DNA of 63,751 nucleotides, filler included, from an uncultured bacterium (GTDB lineage Bacteria > DYJV01), in NCBI GenBank assembly GCA_964543655.1. It is 4 parts of 4 records of this genome, joined end to end, with 100 filler letters (N's around TTAATTAATTAA, not from the genome) between each part and the next. Parts side by side here need not be neighbours in the genome. Positions count along the whole stretch, not along the records: positions 1 to 21,079 come from CAZIZE010000038.1; 3 more parts are not named here. One strand, written 5' to 3'. A program made the position numbers and the translations under genes. The notes below the pieces were generated by a model. It saw nothing but the letters and a program-made list of their open reading frames with translations, ran no database searches and was not told where the DNA came from. Positions 1-9,030 of this stretch are shown here, piece by piece. How positions within the stretch are numbered: the stretch's first letter is position 1; each line of letters begins with the position of its first letter.

Positions 1-69
1 GTTATACAAAAACAAATTTTAAAACCCAACAACATTTTTTATGAGTGCTTCTATTTACTGCAAAAAAAC

Positions 70-112
70 TGTTATTTTGAGGGGATTGGTCTGAAAAATC
101 TCTTGATTCAAG
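70..112 (+). repeat. Decayed dispersed repeat (TGTTATTTTG...GAAAAATC), copy 1
   Basis: GTTATTTTGAGGGGATTGGTCTGAAAAATCTCTTGATTCAAG aligns by eye with 23498-23538 and with the reverse complement of 60699-60732. Confidence 0.55.
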
Positions 113-177
113 TTTGTCTTTGTATTAATTTTCAAATTGATAATAGCTATCATAAATATAGCAAATGAAATATAATG

Positions 178-206
178 TTGACAAAAACTTTTTTATAAAG
201 TAGGAT
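178..206 (+). promoter_or_regulatory. Putative sigma-70 promoter
   Basis: TTGACA (178-183), 17-nt spacer, TAGGAT (201-206) upstream of the 305 ORF. Confidence 0.5.
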
Positions 207-304
207 AAATAAAACAATGTCTGCTCTTCTTATTTTTACCAATTTGTTTTTATATTGTTCATATATAATACCCTTAATATATAAAAACTTTAAAAGGAGG
301 AACC

Positions 305-1822
305 ATGAAATTAAAAAATTTTTTTATTACTATCTTAATGATGTTTATTTTTTCATCTTATTTAATGGCAGAAGTTGATTATTCCACAGATTTTAACTCA
401 ATTGATAAAGATTTTTTCCTTGTGTATGATCATGGTGGTTATCATCAAACTCCAACAACTGAAAATTATTCTCTTGTTTCAGTGGATAATGGTATTTTAA
501 AAATGCCAGTAAATGAAACTGATCATGGTCCTGAGTTAATTACAAAAGGTTTGAAAATTGACAAGAACTCTATAGTAACAGTTTCATGGCGGGCAAAAGT
601 ACACTATGCAAATAAATATTTTGCTGGTGGAGTGTATTTCTGGTTTGTTGATTATTCTTCATTTTATAACCCAATTATGGGTGATTCAATTAGACCTTTT
701 GCAAATTATGACAATACCACAGGTAAGGAAAGTTTGATAGGCCCACTGGCAGTGTACTACAGATATTACTATTATGGTGACTATTCTCCTCCTGTAGGTG
801 GAGATTCTTTTGGTATATGCGGTTACAAAAAATGCCTTACTGTTGACCCTGTGTGGGATGATTGGTTTACAAATAAAGTAGAAATTAATTTTCAGGAAAA
901 AACAATTAAATATTGGCAAAATGATACTTTTGTTGGAGAAGTGCCTCTTAGCCCAGATTTAGATATTGATAAATATCCATATTTGAAAATCCATTTTTCT
1001 CCTTATGGTTGGTATACTGGTCATGAAATGGATCTTGATTGGATGAAAATTAATATTTCTGAGGCTAATGAAAATAGTGGTTCTTCCACAACAACGCCAA
1101 CAGGAGAATGTGCAAAACCAGCTACTTTTGATTTTTTTACTATGACTTTAAATGTTCCCTGTATGAAGCTTGACAATAGTTATTATTCATTAAAATTGAA
1201 AATTACAAGTAGCCAGCCATCAATTATTATGCAGCTAACAGGAGCAGACCAATTAAATATTAGCTGTGATTCAATGGATTACTGCGCTACGTTTGATTTT
1301 AATACCTTGATTTTAAATGTGCCTCATTTTACTTTTGATGGTAAAGATTATTCATTAAAACTAAAAATAATTCAAACTCAGCCAAATATTATCTTTCAAC
1401 TGATTGATATAAAAGAGGCTGAAAATAATTCCCAGCCAAATAATACAAATTCTACAAAAAAAACAGTAACTCTTTCAACTTTAAAAGATTTTCAAATAAT
1501 TTTTGCAAATGATAAATTAAGTGACGTTTTCTCCAATGATTATGATCTATCCCTTGAGCCATGGTGTACTGATAAACCAGGGCTTTGTGGTAATTTTATT
1601 GATATTGGAGATGTAGCTGTTGATAGCAACATTACTTTTCCAGATTCAGGATATCTTTCTGATAAAGCAGGATTTGATGATTGTGTAGAGGTTGACCCAA
1701 ATCATACCTTTATAAATAAAAATAGAGATGGCACACATACAGTATTTAAAATTATTAAGCATGAGAAACCCTCTGAATGTGAACATACTATAACAATAGA
1801 GTATATAACTTATCCAGAATAG
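305..1822 (+). CDS. Secreted multidomain hypothetical protein with a possible beta-sandwich/lectin-like N-domain and two internal ~50-aa repeats
   Basis: AGGAGG RBS; N-terminal signal peptide; S/T/N-rich linkers; duplicated ATFDFxTxxLNVP...YSLKLKI...QPxII motif. Confidence 0.75.
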   Translation: MKLKNFFITILMMFIFSSYLMAEVDYSTDFNSIDKDFFLVYDHGGYHQTPTTENYSLVSVDNGILKMPVNETDHGPELITKGLKIDKNSIVTVSWRAKVHYANKYFAGGVYFWFVDYSSFYNPIMGDSIRPFANYDNTTGKESLIGPLAVYYRYYYYGDYSPPVGGDSFGICGYKKCLTVDPVWDDWFTNKVEINFQEKTIKYWQNDTFVGEVPLSPDLDIDKYPYLKIHFSPYGWYTGHEMDLDWMKINISEANENSGSSTTTPTGECAKPATFDFFTMTLNVPCMKLDNSYYSLKLKITSSQPSIIMQLTGADQLNISCDSMDYCATFDFNTLILNVPHFTFDGKDYSLKLKIIQTQPNIIFQLIDIKEAENNSQPNNTNSTKKTVTLSTLKDFQIIFANDKLSDVFSNDYDLSLEPWCTDKPGLCGNFIDIGDVAVDSNITFPDSGYLSDKAGFDDCVEVDPNHTFINKNRDGTHTVFKIIKHEKPSECEHTITIEYITYPE

Positions 1823-1844
1823 AAAAGGGCTTCTGCCCTTTTTT
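1823..1844 (+). terminator. Rho-independent terminator
   Basis: AAAAGGGC-TTCT-GCCCTTTTTT directly after the stop codon. Confidence 0.8.
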
Positions 1845-1900
1845 ATTCATTAAGTTCAATTTGTACAATCTTAAATAACCCAGCCAATTTATTGATGAGT

Positions 1901-2018
1901 TGTATAACCATTGATACATGTTAAATTGTTGTATAAAAAGATAAACAATCCCTTGAGTGCAGGATTTTTTATAACATGATAAAATTTTTAATTTTATCTG
2001 TTTGGTATTTTTATTGCA
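1901..2018 (+). promoter_or_regulatory. Sigma-54 promoter with two upstream TGT-N12-ACA enhancer boxes
   Basis: TGGTAT-N5-TTGCA (GG 2004-2005, GC 2016-2017); TGT-N12-ACA at 1901-1918 and 1930-1947. Confidence 0.7.
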
Positions 2019-2051
2019 TTTGAAATAAAAATTTTTAAAAAGGAGTTTACA

Positions 2052-2522
2052 GTGAAGAAGATCATTAATGTAACAATTAATGGAGATGAGTATGAGATAG
2101 CTGTTGAGCCATGGAAAACTTTAAATGAAGTTTTAAGAGAGCAACTGAATCTTACAGGTACCAAATTAGGTTGTGGTACTGGTGACTGTGGTGCATGTAC
2201 TGTATTAATTGATGGAAAATCTGTTAGCTCATGCCTTACTCTTGCTGTTGAGGTAGATGGCAGGTCTGTGGAAACTATTGAAGGCCTTGCAGAGTCGGAG
2301 GATAAGCTGCATCCAATTCAAGAAGCTTTTATAGAAAAAGGAGCTGTACAATGTGGATTTTGTACACCAGGTATGATTATGAGCACCAAATTTTTATTAT
2401 CAAAGACTCCTGATCCTGATGAAAACACTATAAAAAAGGCACTTGATGGAAATTTATGCAGATGCACTGGATACTATAAAATTATTGATGCAATAAAGTA
2501 TGCTGCTGAAAAAATGAAATAA
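2052..2522 (+). CDS. Xanthine dehydrogenase-family small [2Fe-2S] subunit (CoxS/HcrC-like)
   Basis: GCGTGDCGACTV, QCGFCTPG and NLCRCTGY motifs. Confidence 0.95.
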   Translation: MKKIINVTINGDEYEIAVEPWKTLNEVLREQLNLTGTKLGCGTGDCGACTVLIDGKSVSSCLTLAVEVDGRSVETIEGLAESEDKLHPIQEAFIEKGAVQCGFCTPGMIMSTKFLLSKTPDPDENTIKKALDGNLCRCTGYYKIIDAIKYAAEKMK

Positions 2523-2541
2523 AAAAGAAAGGAGAAATAAA

Positions 2542-3414
2542 TTGTCACTTCCAAAATTTGATTACATTGCACCAAAAACATTAAATGAATTATTTGAATT
2601 ACTTGATAAATATGGAGAAAGGGCAAAAATTAAAGCAGGTGGCACAGATCTATTGATAAAAATGAACAATAAAGTGTTAAGGCCTGAAGTAATTATAGGT
2701 TTAAAAGATATCCAGGAGTTAAAATTTATAAAATTTGATGAAAAAGAAGGGTTGAGGATTGGTGCCCTTGCAACATTAAGTGAGGTTGCAAATAACTCTG
2801 TTGTGAAGGAGAGATACCCATCAGTTGCATATGCTGCAAGTGTTACTGCCACAAATCAGGTTAGAAATATGGGTACTGTTATTGGTAACCTGTGTAATGC
2901 AGCACCATCAGCTGATAATGCACCAGCTCTACTTGCACTTGGTGCAAAAGCCATTATTGCAAGTAGAAATGGAGAGAAAAGTATTCCACTTGACGAATTT
3001 TTCAAAGGACCAGGCCTTACTGTTTTAAATAGCAATGAAATTTTAAAAGAGGTTATTGCACCTATACAATCTCCTAACAGTTTTACAGTTTATAAAAAGC
3101 TCTCTCCAAGGTCAGCAGTTGACATTGCAATTGTTAATGTAGGTGTTTCAGTTGAAGTAAAGGATAACAGGTTCACCAATGCAAATATTTTTCTTGGAGC
3201 AGTTGCACCAATACCACTAAGAGCTAAGAAAACAGAGGAATATTTAAAAGGAAAAGAAGTGTCAGAAAATACAATTTATGAAGCAGGTAAAGTTGCTTCA
3301 TCTGAAGCAAGCCCCATTACTGATGTTAGGTCATCTCAAGAATATAGGAAACTTATGGTAGAGATAATTACAAGAAGGGCTATTTTAGAAGCTGTTGATA
3401 ATATTAAAAATTAA
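2542..3414 (+). CDS. Xanthine dehydrogenase-family FAD-binding medium subunit (CoxM-like)
   Basis: AGGTDL, RNMGTVIGNLCNAAPSAD motifs; TTG start after AGGAG. Confidence 0.93.
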   Translation: MSLPKFDYIAPKTLNELFELLDKYGERAKIKAGGTDLLIKMNNKVLRPEVIIGLKDIQELKFIKFDEKEGLRIGALATLSEVANNSVVKERYPSVAYAASVTATNQVRNMGTVIGNLCNAAPSADNAPALLALGAKAIIASRNGEKSIPLDEFFKGPGLTVLNSNEILKEVIAPIQSPNSFTVYKKLSPRSAVDIAIVNVGVSVEVKDNRFTNANIFLGAVAPIPLRAKKTEEYLKGKEVSENTIYEAGKVASSEASPITDVRSSQEYRKLMVEIITRRAILEAVDNIKN

Positions 3415-3427
3415 TGGAGGAAATATA

Positions 3428-5710
3428 ATGAGTCATAATTTTTCAATTATTGGTAAAAATATTCCAAGGCAGGATGGTAAAGCCAAGGTTATGGGTGCTG
3501 CACAATTTGCAGATGATTTAAAATTGCCAGGGATGTTGTATGGAAAAATTTTAAGAAGCCCTGTTCCTCATGCGAGGATTAAAAATATAGATACAAGCAA
3601 AGCTGAAAAACTCTTAGGAGTTAAACTTGTAATTACAGGTGAGGATACACCAAAGATTAATTTTGGAAACTGGAGATTGGTACCAGAATCAATGGATGAG
3701 TATCCACTTGCAATAGATAAAGTGAGATTCATAGGTGATGAGGTTGCAGCTGTTGCTGCTATTGACAAAGATATAGCAGAGGAAGCTATTTCATTAATTG
3801 AGGTTGAATATGAAGAGCTACCTGCAATTTACTCAGTTGATGATGCAAGGGCAGAAGGAGCAATTAAAATTCATGATAATGTTGAGAACAACACAAGTCT
3901 TTCCAGAACAATACATTATGGTGATGTTGACAAAGCATTTGCTGAAGCTGATCTTGTTTTAGAAGATACATTTGAGGTTCATGCTGTTAGTCATGCTTAT
4001 ATGGAGCCTTGCTCATGTTTAGCTAAAACAGACCTTGATGGTCGTATTACAATATGGACATCCACTCAAACTCCTTACTATGTGCAGGTTTTGCTTGCTC
4101 AAACTCTTGGTATGAGAGAGAATGATATTAGAGTTATAAAGCCATTTGTAGGTGGTGGTTTTGGTGGTAAAATGGAGCTTAGAAAGTGGGAATTCTGTGC
4201 TGCATTTATGTCAAAACTTACTGGTAAACCTGTTAAATTTACTTTAACAAGAGATGAAGAGTTAATGGCAGGAAGAAGACGTCATGCAATGAAAATGCAT
4301 TCAAAGATTGCTTTTAGAAAAGATGGGACAATTTTAGGAAAAGAGTTTACATCTTTTCTTGATGGTGGTGCATACAACAGTATGGGACCAACAGCAGCTT
4401 TTCTGTGTGGTAATTTTGGTGGATTTTTGTACAGGTTTCCAAGTTATAAGTACAATGGATTTCATGTTTACACAAATAAGCCACCAGCTGGAGCAATGAG
4501 AGGCTTTGGTGCTCCTCAAGCTCTCTTTGTTACAGAGACTCAGATGAATATGGCTGCTGAGCAACTTGGAATAGATCCAATTGATTTAAGGCTAAAAAAT
4601 GCTATGGAAGCTGGAGATGAAATTCCAGGAGTTACTAAAATACACAGTTGCGGTTTTAAAGAATGCCTTGAAAAAGTAAGGGAAGCAACAGAGTGGGATA
4701 AAAAGAGGAAACAATATTCAGAGGAAAAATCTAATAAAGGGATAGGAATAGGTTGTTATAGTTTTATTTCTGGTGGAGCATTTAACTGGTTTAATACTCA
4801 ATATCCTTTTACTGCAGTTGAAGTTAGAGTATTTGATGATGGCACAGCACATCTTCTTACAATGGCTTCTGATATAGGCCAGGGATGTGATACAGTTTTA
4901 AGACAGATACTTGCTGAAGAGCTTGGTATAAAGGTTGAAGATATTAGACTTACAGCAGCTGATACTGCTGTTACACCTCAGGCTGATCTTGGTACATGGG
5001 GTAGCCGTGTAACATTTATGGCAGGTAATGCAATTATTAATGCATGTAGTAAGATTAAAGAGCAGTTATTTAAAGTACTTTCTTTGAAATTAAATGCAAA
5101 TGTTATTCATGATATGGAATGTAAAAATGGTAGAGTCTATTTAAAAAATAGACCAGATAAAGGTGTTGAGTTTAAAGAGGCTGTTAGACTTGCGCAGAAA
5201 TACAACAGAGGTGAGCCTTTAGTTGCTTATGGTTCCTATACTCCAAGAGGACATGGTCTTGTAACACCTGCATACAGTTTTGGGGCTCAGGTTGCTGAAG
5301 TTACAATAGATAAAGAGACAGGTATTGTTAAAGTTGATAAGGTTATTACTGCTCATGATTGTGGAACACCTATTAATCCAATAGCTGTGGAAGGACAACT
5401 TGAAGGTTCTATACAGATGGGTCTTGGTTATGCAACAAGTGAGCAATTTGTTATGAAAGATGGTAAAACATTAAACACTACATTTCTTGATTACAAAGTA
5501 CCTACAGCACTTGATATGCCTGAAAATGAGCATTATACAGTAGAAGTTTATGACCCATATGGTCCATATGGTGCCAAAGAGGCTGGAGAGGGGCTTGTAT
5601 CACCAACAGCACCTGCAATAGCAGATGCCATTTCATGTGCTGCAAATGTTAGGTTCAAAGATTTGCCAATTACAGCAGAAAAAGTTTTGAAAGCATTGAA
5701 AAAATTATAA
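3428..5710 (+). CDS. Xanthine dehydrogenase-family molybdopterin-binding large subunit (HcrA-like)
   Basis: HAYMEP, GGGFGGK, AMRGFGAPQ, EGQLEG, GAKEAGEG motifs; start moved to ATG 3428 behind GGAGG. Confidence 0.92.
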   Translation: MSHNFSIIGKNIPRQDGKAKVMGAAQFADDLKLPGMLYGKILRSPVPHARIKNIDTSKAEKLLGVKLVITGEDTPKINFGNWRLVPESMDEYPLAIDKVRFIGDEVAAVAAIDKDIAEEAISLIEVEYEELPAIYSVDDARAEGAIKIHDNVENNTSLSRTIHYGDVDKAFAEADLVLEDTFEVHAVSHAYMEPCSCLAKTDLDGRITIWTSTQTPYYVQVLLAQTLGMRENDIRVIKPFVGGGFGGKMELRKWEFCAAFMSKLTGKPVKFTLTRDEELMAGRRRHAMKMHSKIAFRKDGTILGKEFTSFLDGGAYNSMGPTAAFLCGNFGGFLYRFPSYKYNGFHVYTNKPPAGAMRGFGAPQALFVTETQMNMAAEQLGIDPIDLRLKNAMEAGDEIPGVTKIHSCGFKECLEKVREATEWDKKRKQYSEEKSNKGIGIGCYSFISGGAFNWFNTQYPFTAVEVRVFDDGTAHLLTMASDIGQGCDTVLRQILAEELGIKVEDIRLTAADTAVTPQADLGTWGSRVTFMAGNAIINACSKIKEQLFKVLSLKLNANVIHDMECKNGRVYLKNRPDKGVEFKEAVRLAQKYNRGEPLVAYGSYTPRGHGLVTPAYSFGAQVAEVTIDKETGIVKVDKVITAHDCGTPINPIAVEGQLEGSIQMGLGYATSEQFVMKDGKTLNTTFLDYKVPTALDMPENEHYTVEVYDPYGPYGAKEAGEGLVSPTAPAIADAISCAANVRFKDLPITAEKVLKALKKL

Positions 5711-5713
5711 TAT

Positions 5714-5737
5714 AAGCCCTGCTAATGCAGGGTTTTT
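5714..5737. terminator. Bidirectional terminator between convergent genes
   Basis: AAGCCCTGC-TAAT-GCAGGGTTTTT. Confidence 0.7.
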
Positions 5738-7583
5738 ATTTTTTATATTCAAAGTATAATTCAAGTTCAAAAATATTCATATCGGAAATATCTGTTACTT
5801 TTAATTGGTAACCTGCTTTGTGAAAAACATTTAACATAGCGTTGTTTTGCCTTAAAACATAAGATTTAAATCCTCTTAAACCTCTTTCTTTTGCAATTTG
5901 CATAAGATAATTATTTAAAAAAGTGGCAATGCCTTCACCTTGAAACTCTTTTTTAACCATAAAAGCAATTTCTCCAATATGCTCTGAACTATCGTAGAAA
6001 TAGCCAGCAGTTGCAATTAGCTCATCTTCAAAAAAACAGCCTAATGCCATGTCGTAATCATAATTGATATTTACCATGCACTGAGTTCTCTCATGGGTAA
6101 AATCTTTAATAAAACAGAAAAATCTCTGATAAATTTTTTCCAGTGAATAAGAATATAACAGCCGCCTTAGTTGATCCTCATCTTCTGATTTTAATGGTCT
6201 GACAAAAATTTTAATACCAGTTTTGGTTGTAAAATATGTTTCATATTTTTTTGGATAATTTGTGCCCATTAAAGGCATTACCTGATTGGATGGAATTATT
6301 CCTTTCTTTTTAGCAAATTCAAATAATTCTTCTCTGAAATCTGGATGAGCTATACTTATGAGACTAAGAGCCCTTTCTCTCAAAGTTTTTCCAAATAGAT
6401 AAGCAAGGCCAAATTCAGTAACTATGTAATGAATATTTGCTTTTGAAATGGTAACACCAAAACCTTCTTTTATTTCAGGAACAATTCTTGATTTTTTACC
6501 ATCTTTTGTAACAGAAGGGATTACTATAATTGATTTGCCTCCTTTAGAAAAAGTTGCACCAAAGTTAAATTCAACAAATCCACCAATGCCACTTTCAATT
6601 TTGTAACCTATTGCTTCTGAGTTAACCTGGCCTGAAAGGTCTACTTCAAAAGCTGAATTAATTGCAATAAAATTTTTATTTTGAGAAATTATGTATGGAT
6701 TATTTGTATAATCAACAGGATGAAATTCAACAAATGGATTGTTGTCAATAAATTCATAACTTTTTTTTGTCCCATGTACAAAACTGACTATAACTTTATC
6801 AGGGTTAAGAGTTTTTCTTTTACAGGTAATGGTGCCTGTTCTGATTAAATCAACAAAATCATCGTAGAAAATTTCAGAATGTATTCCAAGTCCTTTATGC
6901 TCTGATAACATTTTTATTACCAACTTTGTTGTATGACCAAAGCCAATCTGGATGGTGCTGAAATTATCCACAATTGTTGCAGCATTTTCTGCTGCTTGAA
7001 GTGCTCTTTCATAATCCTCATCAAATTCTTCTGCTTCAATTAATTCACTATCGTGCTCAATGATGTAGTCTATATCTTTAAGATGAATAAATGAGTCTCC
7101 AAGGGTTCTGGGCATGTTAAAATTTACCTGTGCAATAACTTTCATAGCATTTTTGACAGCTGCTTTTGAAATGTCTATATTTGTGCCAAGACTGAAAAAG
7201 CCATTGTTATCTGGTTTTGATACCTGAATTAAAGCAAAATCAAGGTGCACTCTGTGTTGTTCAAAAAGTTGAGGAACATGTGAGAGATTAATAGGCACAT
7301 AATCAACAATACCTTTATGAGTAGCAGATTTAGACTCTTCACTGATAAAAAAATTCCTGTAATTATGCTTTTTAAAAAGCTTTTCTTTAGAAAATTTCTG
7401 ATTTTTTATTGAATAGAGTTGATAAAAATCAAGATCAATTAAATTTGAATCAGATAATATTTTAAGAAGAGTGTAGGGCTCAGCTGCACCACTATGAATA
7501 AAAACAGAATCACCATTTTTAAAAAGATTGAGGAATTTTTCAAAAGTGATTAATTTTTTTCTATACTGGTCAATATTAAACAT
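5736..7583 (-). CDS. Acetyl-CoA hydrolase/CoA-transferase fused to a C-terminal GNAT acetyltransferase
   Basis: TIQIGFG, LGIHSE, EVDLSGQV, VTEFG.A.L.GKTLRERA..LISIAHPDFR; C-terminal EIAFMV...FQGEGIA...N.AML GNAT motifs. Confidence 0.9.
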   Translation of the reverse strand: MFNIDQYRKKLITFEKFLNLFKNGDSVFIHSGAAEPYTLLKILSDSNLIDLDFYQLYSIKNQKFSKEKLFKKHNYRNFFISEESKSATHKGIVDYVPINLSHVPQLFEQHRVHLDFALIQVSKPDNNGFFSLGTNIDISKAAVKNAMKVIAQVNFNMPRTLGDSFIHLKDIDYIIEHDSELIEAEEFDEDYERALQAAENAATIVDNFSTIQIGFGHTTKLVIKMLSEHKGLGIHSEIFYDDFVDLIRTGTITCKRKTLNPDKVIVSFVHGTKKSYEFIDNNPFVEFHPVDYTNNPYIISQNKNFIAINSAFEVDLSGQVNSEAIGYKIESGIGGFVEFNFGATFSKGGKSIIVIPSVTKDGKKSRIVPEIKEGFGVTISKANIHYIVTEFGLAYLFGKTLRERALSLISIAHPDFREELFEFAKKKGIIPSNQVMPLMGTNYPKKYETYFTTKTGIKIFVRPLKSEDEDQLRRLLYSYSLEKIYQRFFCFIKDFTHERTQCMVNINYDYDMALGCFFEDELIATAGYFYDSSEHIGEIAFMVKKEFQGEGIATFLNNYLMQIAKERGLRGFKSYVLRQNNAMLNVFHKAGYQLKVTDISDMNIFELELYFEYKK

Positions 7584-7726
7584 AAATAATGTTACTCCTC
7601 AAATAATATAATTGTCAAGTTAAATTTAATTTGATTTTTTACCAAAATAGTAATAAAATAAATATGCCTTGAATGGTTTACCAATTTATGATAATGATTT
7701 TCAATACTAAATAAAGGAGGTATGTT

Positions 7727-9016
7727 ATGGATTATCCTTTGTGGATTATACCAGGGGTTAGTGGTGCAATGGTTATTGCAATGAATGCTGTATTCCATGT
7801 GTGTATTTCACACTTTGCAGTTGGAATGGGGCTGTTTGTTGCAGTTGCCGAGTTAAAAGCTATTAAAAGTGGTGATCAAGATTATATTAATTTTGTTAAG
7901 TCAAGTAGCAAATTGATTTTAATTATCTCTGCTATTATTGGAGCTCTTACAGGGGTTGGAATCTGGTTTACAATAGCCCTGGTTTCGCCATCAGGTACAA
8001 GTTCGCTTATTCACAATTTTGTTTGGGGATGGGCAATTGAGTGGGTATTTTTTGTTCTTGAAATAGTAGCTATTCTTATCTATTATTATAGCTGGGATAA
8101 AGTTTCTGAAAAATTTCATAATTTTGTTGCCTGGTTATATTTTGTTGGTGCATATTTAAGTCTTGTAATTATCAATGGTATTATTACATTTCAGCTTACT
8201 CCAGGTAAATGGATTAAAACACATGCTTTCTGGGATGGTTTTTTCAATCCAACATATTTTCCATCACTTGTAGGAAGAACAGGAATTTGTCTCTTTCTTG
8301 CAGGTATTTTTGCAACACTTGTTTTATCATTTGTTAAAAATCAAGAAACAAAGGTTAAAGCAGGAAGGCTTACAGGGATTTTTCTCATAGTAGGTATTAT
8401 TTTAACCTATATTGGTTTTTATTGGTGGGCTAATTCAATTCCTGCAGATGTTAGAGAGCAATTCCTTGGTGGAAATACAGTACTTTCTAATTTTTACAAA
8501 GCAGGTATATGGCTTGGAATAATAACATTTGCAATAGGTTTTGTATTTACAATTTTAATACCAAAAAAGATGAACATAGTTGTTGCTTTAATCCTTTTAA
8601 TTCTTTCACAGCTTGCTTTTGGTTACTATGAATTCACAAGAGAAAGAGCAAGAAAGCCTTACGTTATAAGAGATTATATGTACTCCAATGGAATTTTAAA
8701 AAGTGATGTTCCTATGTTGGATAAAAAAGGGGTTTTATCAAAGGCCAAATGGGCTAATCCAACAAACTCAAAAGATCCTCTGGTGATTGGTAAAGCAGTT
8801 TTTGATGTTGAATGTCTTATATGCCATGACCCTTACCATTTTAATTCTAAGCCTTTAATGGAAAATATTCAGGGTAGTAGTGCGGAAGATATAGCATCTG
8901 ATATCCTTGATTCTCTTGATGATAATCCTCTAATGCCACCATTTATTGGTACTGATGCAGAGAAAATGGCTCTTGCGAAATACCTTGAAAAATTAGGAAA
9001 TACCAAAAAATATTAA
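7727..9016 (+). CDS. Cytochrome bd subunit I-like membrane protein with C-terminal c-type cytochrome domain
   Basis: FHVCISHFAVG, WAIEWVFFVLE, EFTRERARKPY CydA-like motifs; CLICH heme-c motif and distal MPPF. Confidence 0.8.
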   Translation: MDYPLWIIPGVSGAMVIAMNAVFHVCISHFAVGMGLFVAVAELKAIKSGDQDYINFVKSSSKLILIISAIIGALTGVGIWFTIALVSPSGTSSLIHNFVWGWAIEWVFFVLEIVAILIYYYSWDKVSEKFHNFVAWLYFVGAYLSLVIINGIITFQLTPGKWIKTHAFWDGFFNPTYFPSLVGRTGICLFLAGIFATLVLSFVKNQETKVKAGRLTGIFLIVGIILTYIGFYWWANSIPADVREQFLGGNTVLSNFYKAGIWLGIITFAIGFVFTILIPKKMNIVVALILLILSQLAFGYYEFTRERARKPYVIRDYMYSNGILKSDVPMLDKKGVLSKAKWANPTNSKDPLVIGKAVFDVECLICHDPYHFNSKPLMENIQGSSAEDIASDILDSLDDNPLMPPFIGTDAEKMALAKYLEKLGNTKKY

Positions 9017-9030
9017 TAAGGAGGTCTGTT

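Noticed and set aside
2052..5710. Aerobic CO dehydrogenase (coxSML) or bona fide hcrCBA
   Set aside because: No AYxCSFR active-site loop; FAD subunit lacks the HcrB [4Fe-4S] insertion
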